Shown here: positions 59,420-64,000 of the stretch, in pieces
Layout of the letters: every line of letters begins with the position of its first letter
How positions within the stretch are numbered: position 1 is the first letter of the stretch
Assembly (NCBI GenBank): GCA_036149055.1
Contig: JAYZQJ010000191.1
Location: 10,643-74,642, forward strand
Direction: 5' to 3'
From: Myxococcota bacterium
GTDB lineage: Bacteria > Myxococcota_A > Polyangia > Polyangiales > Sandaracinaceae
DNA: 64,000 bases
Made by a program: the position numbers and the translations under genes
Notes under the pieces: generated by a model
The model's database searches: none
What the model was told of the DNA's origin: nothing
What the model saw: the letters and a program-made list of their open reading frames with translations, nothing else

Positions 59420-60496
59420 ATGTCGGTCCGGCGGAGTGACACCTACTTGCTGGACCGCGGGGGGCAGGTCCTCGCGGGGCGGTATCGCGTGACCGAGCTG
59501 CTCGGGGTGGGCGCGATGGGCTCGGTCTGGATCGCCGAGCAGCTGGCGCTCAAGCGGCAGGTCGTCGTGAAGTTCCACGAGGAGGGCTTCGTCGGGAACA
59601 ACTCCGACGTGGCCTACGAGCGCTTCCGCCGGGAGGCGCGCACCCTGGCCTCCGTCCACCACCGGAACGTCACCGAGCTCTTCGAGGCGGGCAAGACCCC
59701 GGAGGGCGAGCCCTACCTCATCATGGAGCGGCTGCGCGGGAAGACCCTGGCGGCGCGAATGCGGAACGAGCGCATCCTCCCGATCCAGGACGCCATCGAG
59801 GTCGCCGTGGAGATCGCGAGCGGGCTGCAGGCGGTGCACGCCGCCGGCGTCCTCCACCGCGACATCAAGCCCGAGAACATCTACCTGCACGACGCGGGCG
59901 AGGACGGGATCATCCCCAAGCTCATCGACTTCGGCCTCGCGCGGCCGGAGACCGGCAAGCGCCTGACCATGGGGAACAAGGCGGTCGGCACGCCGGGCTA
60001 CATGGCGCCGGAGCAGGCGCGCGGCTCGAAGACGCTCGACGGCCGCGTCGACCTCTACGCGCTCGGGGTCACCCTCTACGAGATGCTGACCGGGAACCTT
60101 CCGTCCGAGGGCGAGACCATGGTCGACCTGATGATCTGGACGGCCACCGAGGAGCCCATCCCGATCACCGACTACCGCCCCGACCTGTCCGGTCCGGTCG
60201 CCAACGTGATCATGCGCTGCATCGCGCGGGACCTCGACGAGCGCTACCCCGACGCGAAGACGATGCGGCTCGCGCTCCAGGCGGTGCTGGCCAGCCACGA
60301 CGAGCCGGGGGTCGCCGACACGCTCCCCGGGCAGGGTGACCGAGACCGGCGCGCGCGCGCCGAGACCGAAGAGCACGACTCGGTGAGCCCGAGGGCCGCG
60401 CGGGAGACCGAGCCCCAGGAGCTCTCCGACGCCGACCTCCAGTCGATCAGACCGCCGCCGATTCCGCGCGGGATCCTTCCGCCGAAGAAAGAGTGA
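59420..60496 (+). CDS. Ser/Thr protein kinase
   Basis: LGVGAMG, VVVK, HRDIKPEN, DFG, GTPGYMAPE, DLYALG. Confidence 0.93.
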   Translation: MSVRRSDTYLLDRGGQVLAGRYRVTELLGVGAMGSVWIAEQLALKRQVVVKFHEEGFVGNNSDVAYERFRREARTLASVHHRNVTELFEAGKTPEGEPYLIMERLRGKTLAARMRNERILPIQDAIEVAVEIASGLQAVHAAGVLHRDIKPENIYLHDAGEDGIIPKLIDFGLARPETGKRLTMGNKAVGTPGYMAPEQARGSKTLDGRVDLYALGVTLYEMLTGNLPSEGETMVDLMIWTATEEPIPITDYRPDLSGPVANVIMRCIARDLDERYPDAKTMRLALQAVLASHDEPGVADTLPGQGDRDRRARAETEEHDSVSPRAARETEPQELSDADLQSIRPPPIPRGILPPKKE

Positions 60497-62333
60497 GCGC
60501 CCGGCGGTAGCGCGCGAGCGCCTCGAGCGGGGTCTGCCGGACCGCGCCGCCGTAGAAGTAGAAGCCGCTCGGGGGGATGTTGGTCGCGAGGTAGCCGTCG
60601 TTCGGCCAGGTGCCGTCGGGGGACTGGCGCTCGAGCAGATGGGCGGCGGCGCGGCGGGCGGCGGGCGTGTCGTGCAGGCCCACGTCGACCAGCGCCGAGA
60701 GCACGAGCCCGGTGCAAGGCGGCGTGCTCGGTCCCACGCCGGCGCGGCGCAGGTCCGCGTAGCTCTCGACGCCTTCGCCGAAGCCGCCGTCGTCGTTCTG
60801 GCAGCCGAGGACCCAGTCGATCGCCTTCGCGATCCAGGGCTCGCTCGGATCGAGCCCGAGCTCCGCGAGGGCGCTCAGGACGTAGGCGGTGCAGGGGAGG
60901 TAGTTGCAGACCCAGCGCCCCCACCAGCCGCCGAAGTCGGTCTGCGTGGCGCGGAGGAAGCGCAGGCCGCCCTGGACGTCGGGGTCGTCGGGGGTGGCGC
61001 CGAACGAGGCCAGGCCATGGAGCACCCGCGCCGTCAGGTCCTCGGTGCTCGGGTCGCCCAGCTCGGCGGGAGGGCGGAGGAAGGCGCCGAGCGCCCGCCA
61101 CGGATCGTCGGGCGGCAGCCGCGGGGGCGGGTCGAACGGGGTGCCCGGCGGACGGTGTCCGGGCACGTCCCAGACGAACGCCGCCCACCCGCCGTCGGGG
61201 TTCTGCATGTCGCGCAGCCAGTGCCTCGCGTGGGTCACGCTCCGCTGCACCCGGTCGTGCAACCGGGGGGGCAAGCCCGCGTCGGCGGCCACCCCGAACG
61301 CGCTGAGCACGATGCCCGCGTCGTCGCAGTCGGCCATCGTCTCGTTGCCGGTCTGGAAGGGCCAGCCGCCGGTGCGGAGCGCGCCTGGGCGGCGGTTGTT
61401 GGGGAGGGGCTGCGGCGTCTGGAGCTGCCGATCGAGGAGCCACTCGACGCCGCGGGTGAGGCGCGGATCGTCTGCGGGCGCGCCGGCGAGGACCAGCCCG
61501 CGGACGGCGAAGGCGGTCGACCAGACGTCGCTCGAGAAGACGTCGAACCAGACCCCGTCCTCGTCCTCCACCCGCCGGGAGGCCAGCCAGCGCGCGGCGC
61601 GAGCGACCCGGGGATCCTCCGGGTCCAGCCCGGCGCCGAGCAAGGCGGGGATCGCCATCGCCGTCTGCACGGTGTTCGAGTTCCAGCTGCCGTCGGCGTT
61701 CTGGAAGAGCGTCATCCGGTCCACCGCGCGACGGGCGGCGCGGCGATCGAGCCAGCCGAGGGGCTCGCCGCGGAGGCGCCTCGCGATCAGCGAGAGCTGC
61801 AGGGCGCCGATGACCACGCCGAAGTGGAAGCGCGACGCGATGGCGTCGACGACCGCGTCGGAGAGGCACCAGGCCAGGGGTGGGCAGGGCAGGCGACCGG
61901 CGGGGAGCAGGCCGGCCAGCGCGAGGAACACGGCGCCGACGTCGCCGACGGCCATCTCGTCGAGCACGCCGTCGACGCCGCCGTGATCCTCGAGCCAGCC
62001 CAGCGCACGGCGGGCGGCGGCCCGGTCCTCGTCCGCTCCGAGCGAGAGCGCCGCGGCGCACTGCGCGGTCACCGACGCGCCGCCGGCGGGCGCGAACGGG
62101 TAGGGGGCGAAGGAGCCGTCCCCGCGCTGCTGGGCGCGCAGCCAGCGACACCCCGCGGCCCGGTCCGTGGCATCGAGCAGCCCGGCGTGATCGAGCGCCA
62201 CCAGGACGTTGGCCGTGCTCGACGGACCGACGTCGCTGCGATCGTCCCAGGACCCGTCGGCGCGCTGCGAGTCCCACAAGACCTGCGAGGCCCGCGCGAT
62301 GGCGTCGCTCGCGTCCAGATGTCCGTCCCCCAT
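60447..62333 (-). CDS. squalene-hopene cyclase-family class II terpene cyclase, divergent
   Basis: About eight QW repeats, GGWPF...ADCDDA (DXDD), DPSTEDLTAR, GRW. Confidence 0.88.
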   Translation of the reverse strand: MGDGHLDASDAIARASQVLWDSQRADGSWDDRSDVGPSSTANVLVALDHAGLLDATDRAAGCRWLRAQQRGDGSFAPYPFAPAGGASVTAQCAAALSLGADEDRAAARRALGWLEDHGGVDGVLDEMAVGDVGAVFLALAGLLPAGRLPCPPLAWCLSDAVVDAIASRFHFGVVIGALQLSLIARRLRGEPLGWLDRRAARRAVDRMTLFQNADGSWNSNTVQTAMAIPALLGAGLDPEDPRVARAARWLASRRVEDEDGVWFDVFSSDVWSTAFAVRGLVLAGAPADDPRLTRGVEWLLDRQLQTPQPLPNNRRPGALRTGGWPFQTGNETMADCDDAGIVLSAFGVAADAGLPPRLHDRVQRSVTHARHWLRDMQNPDGGWAAFVWDVPGHRPPGTPFDPPPRLPPDDPWRALGAFLRPPAELGDPSTEDLTARVLHGLASFGATPDDPDVQGGLRFLRATQTDFGGWWGRWVCNYLPCTAYVLSALAELGLDPSEPWIAKAIDWVLGCQNDDGGFGEGVESYADLRRAGVGPSTPPCTGLVLSALVDVGLHDTPAARRAAAHLLERQSPDGTWPNDGYLATNIPPSGFYFYGGAVRQTPLEALARYRRALTLSSAEGSRAESAAV

Positions 62334-62386
62334 GGAGACGTTCTCGGTGATCGGCGGGCGGCTTGTAAAGCGCGGCGCGCCCCCGT

Positions 62387-62818
62387 ATGGATCGCCCGGG
62401 GGGAGGCGACGTGCCGCGCGACACGCTCGAGACCGACGACAGCGCCTGGCCGATCGTGGTGCACCGGACCGTGGGCATCCCGAGCGAGGCGCAGGTCGAC
62501 CTGTTCATCGCCCGCGCGTCGGAGCACCTCTCGCGCGGGGAGCGGTACGTCGTGATCTTCGACAACGCCCAGGCGGGCCGCGCCACCGCCTACATGCGGA
62601 CCCGCGCGACCGAGTGGCTCGAGGAGAACGGCGAGCCGCTCGGCCGGAGCTGCCTGGGCACCGCCCTGGTCTTCCGGAACGCGGCGCTCCGGTTCGTGAT
62701 GAGCGCGGTGATGCTCGTCGTCCGCCACCCGGTGCCGATCCGGGTGTGCAAGTCGATGGACGAGGCGTGGGCCTGGGCGGAGGAGCAGCTCGCGGCCGAG
62801 CGGCGGATGGTCGTCTGA
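62387..62818 (+). CDS. hypothetical protein (STAS/SEC14-like)
   Basis: WPIVV...VVIFD...ALV...WA pattern typical of small myxobacterial proteins. Confidence 0.65.
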   Translation: MDRPGGGDVPRDTLETDDSAWPIVVHRTVGIPSEAQVDLFIARASEHLSRGERYVVIFDNAQAGRATAYMRTRATEWLEENGEPLGRSCLGTALVFRNAALRFVMSAVMLVVRHPVPIRVCKSMDEAWAWAEEQLAAERRMVV

Positions 62819-63154
62819 TCAGCCCTCTTCCGGGGCCTCGTCCGGCTCGTCGTGGACGGGCCCGGTGGCGCCTCCCTCGCGCGCCAGCTCGATCAGCTCG
62901 CCCATCGTCTTGTGCAGGATGACCTTGTCGCTCACCCCGCTGACGAACCCGGTCGACACCTTGAGGATCTGGGTGCCGAACATCGGCTTCTTCATGTGGA
63001 AGTCCTCGAGCAGATCGCGCTCGAGCTTCACGATCAGCGCCTGCAGCTGCCACGTCTCGTGATCCACCACGAGATCGTCGACCTCGCCGAGCTCGCGTCC
63101 GTCCTGCGACAGCACGCCCTTGCCGTGGAGCTCGGTGTACCTGATGACCGTCAT
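62819..63154 (-). CDS. PRC-barrel domain protein
   Basis: ELHGKGVLSQDGRELGEVDDLVVD; GGAGG RBS. Confidence 0.8.
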   Translation of the reverse strand: MTVIRYTELHGKGVLSQDGRELGEVDDLVVDHETWQLQALIVKLERDLLEDFHMKKPMFGTQILKVSTGFVSGVSDKVILHKTMGELIELAREGGATGPVHDEPDEAPEEG

Positions 63155-63239
63155 GTGCCCTCCGAAGCTGCGATGGTGTAGCAGCTTCCGGCGGCGCGCA
63201 GAAGCGTCAGTCCGATCGTTCGCGCTCCGTCCGTTCGGC

Positions 63240-63539
63240 ATGGAGATCTGGTGTCTCGGGGCCATCGCGACCGGGGCCGCGGGGGTCGTGTGGTCCTGGG
63301 TCGGCCTCGCGCTCTTCCGGCGAGAGTGGGCCCGGATCGCCATCGACCACGCGCGGCGCCCGGACGTCGACCTGTGCTTCGGGCCGCTGTGGGTCGTGCT
63401 CTGGAGGACCGCGCTCTTCGTGTGCCGACATCCCCGTACCCTCCGGCTCGGGGCGGTGTACGGCCTGCACCTGCTGGTCGGTGTCGACCTGCTGCGGTGG
63501 CTCGACGAGGAGGAGGTGCGGCGGACGTCGGGGCGGTGA
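63240..63539 (+). CDS. small hypothetical membrane protein
   Basis: ATG 63240; two or three hydrophobic segments. Confidence 0.45.
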   Translation: MEIWCLGAIATGAAGVVWSWVGLALFRREWARIAIDHARRPDVDLCFGPLWVVLWRTALFVCRHPRTLRLGAVYGLHLLVGVDLLRWLDEEEVRRTSGR

Positions 63540-63665
63540 GCCTCGGACCCCCCTCGCGGCCGGCGTCCGCCACCCCTCGGCCCGCCACCCCCGCCAATTC
63601 GTCGCCGCAAGTGTCCGAGATCACGTCGCGGCGGGTCGGTACGGCGGGTGCGGTGGGTGGGCGGC

Positions 63666-64000
63666 GTGCCCACGCCTCCCCGCTACATCGAGCCGAAGTC
63701 CGTCTACTTCGTCACCCGTCGCGTCGAAGGGCGGCGCTTCCTGCTGCGGCCGGACGACCGGCTGAGCTCGCTGATGAAGTACATGCTCGCGCACTACGCG
63801 AAGAAGCACGGCGTGCAGGTCCACGTCTTCGTGGTGATGAGCACGCACTTTCATCTGGTGGTGAGCGTCGAGCACGGCAACGTGAGTGACTTCATGCACG
63901 ACCTCGACCTGCTGCTGTCGAAGGAGGTGAAGGCGTTGCGGTCGGCGGCGCGGGGCGTGACGTGGGAGCCGGGCGAGCTGTCGGTCGTGCAGCTGCTGGA
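63666..64000 (+). mobile_element. HUH tyrosine transposase (RAYT / IS200-like Y1), truncated by the window edge
   Basis: Manual translation: MPTPPRYIEPKSVYFVTRR...FLLRP...VFVVMSTHFHLVV...SDFM; absent from the ORF track because it has no stop. Confidence 0.8.

Overview
GC-rich, gene-dense window, most likely from a myxobacterium (Myxococcota, Polyangiales/Sandaracinaceae-like; inferred from Cys-rich lipoproteins, a Ser/Thr kinase, sterol genes and DUF2169-type T6SS genes). The main feature is a ~16 kb, tightly coupled eight-gene sterol/triterpenoid operon (4780-20750) built from unusual fusions. It encodes HMG-CoA reductase::extended SDR, a geranylgeranyl-reductase-like flavoprotein, degenerate squalene epoxidase::intact oxidosqualene cyclase, intact squalene epoxidase::degenerate cyclase remnant::squalene synthase, a sterol desaturase, CYP51::ferredoxin, an ALDH and a GMC oxidoreductase. 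The two central genes look like tandem paralogs that each lost the opposite activity. A separate, divergent DXDD triterpene cyclase lies at 60447-62333. An orphan vgrG locus (42590-52703) encodes a VgrG with a His/Gly/acidic N-terminal extension, a DUF2169 adaptor, a PAAR-like protein and a DUF2169::Rhs fusion whose two self-cleavage aspartates are both Ser; part of this locus has lower GC. Also present: tRNA-Phe, TopIB, an HPF plus baeRF (Balon-like) pair, signalling genes, housekeeping enzymes and a truncated HUH (RAYT-like) transposase. All family assignments come from motif recognition by eye; no searches were run.
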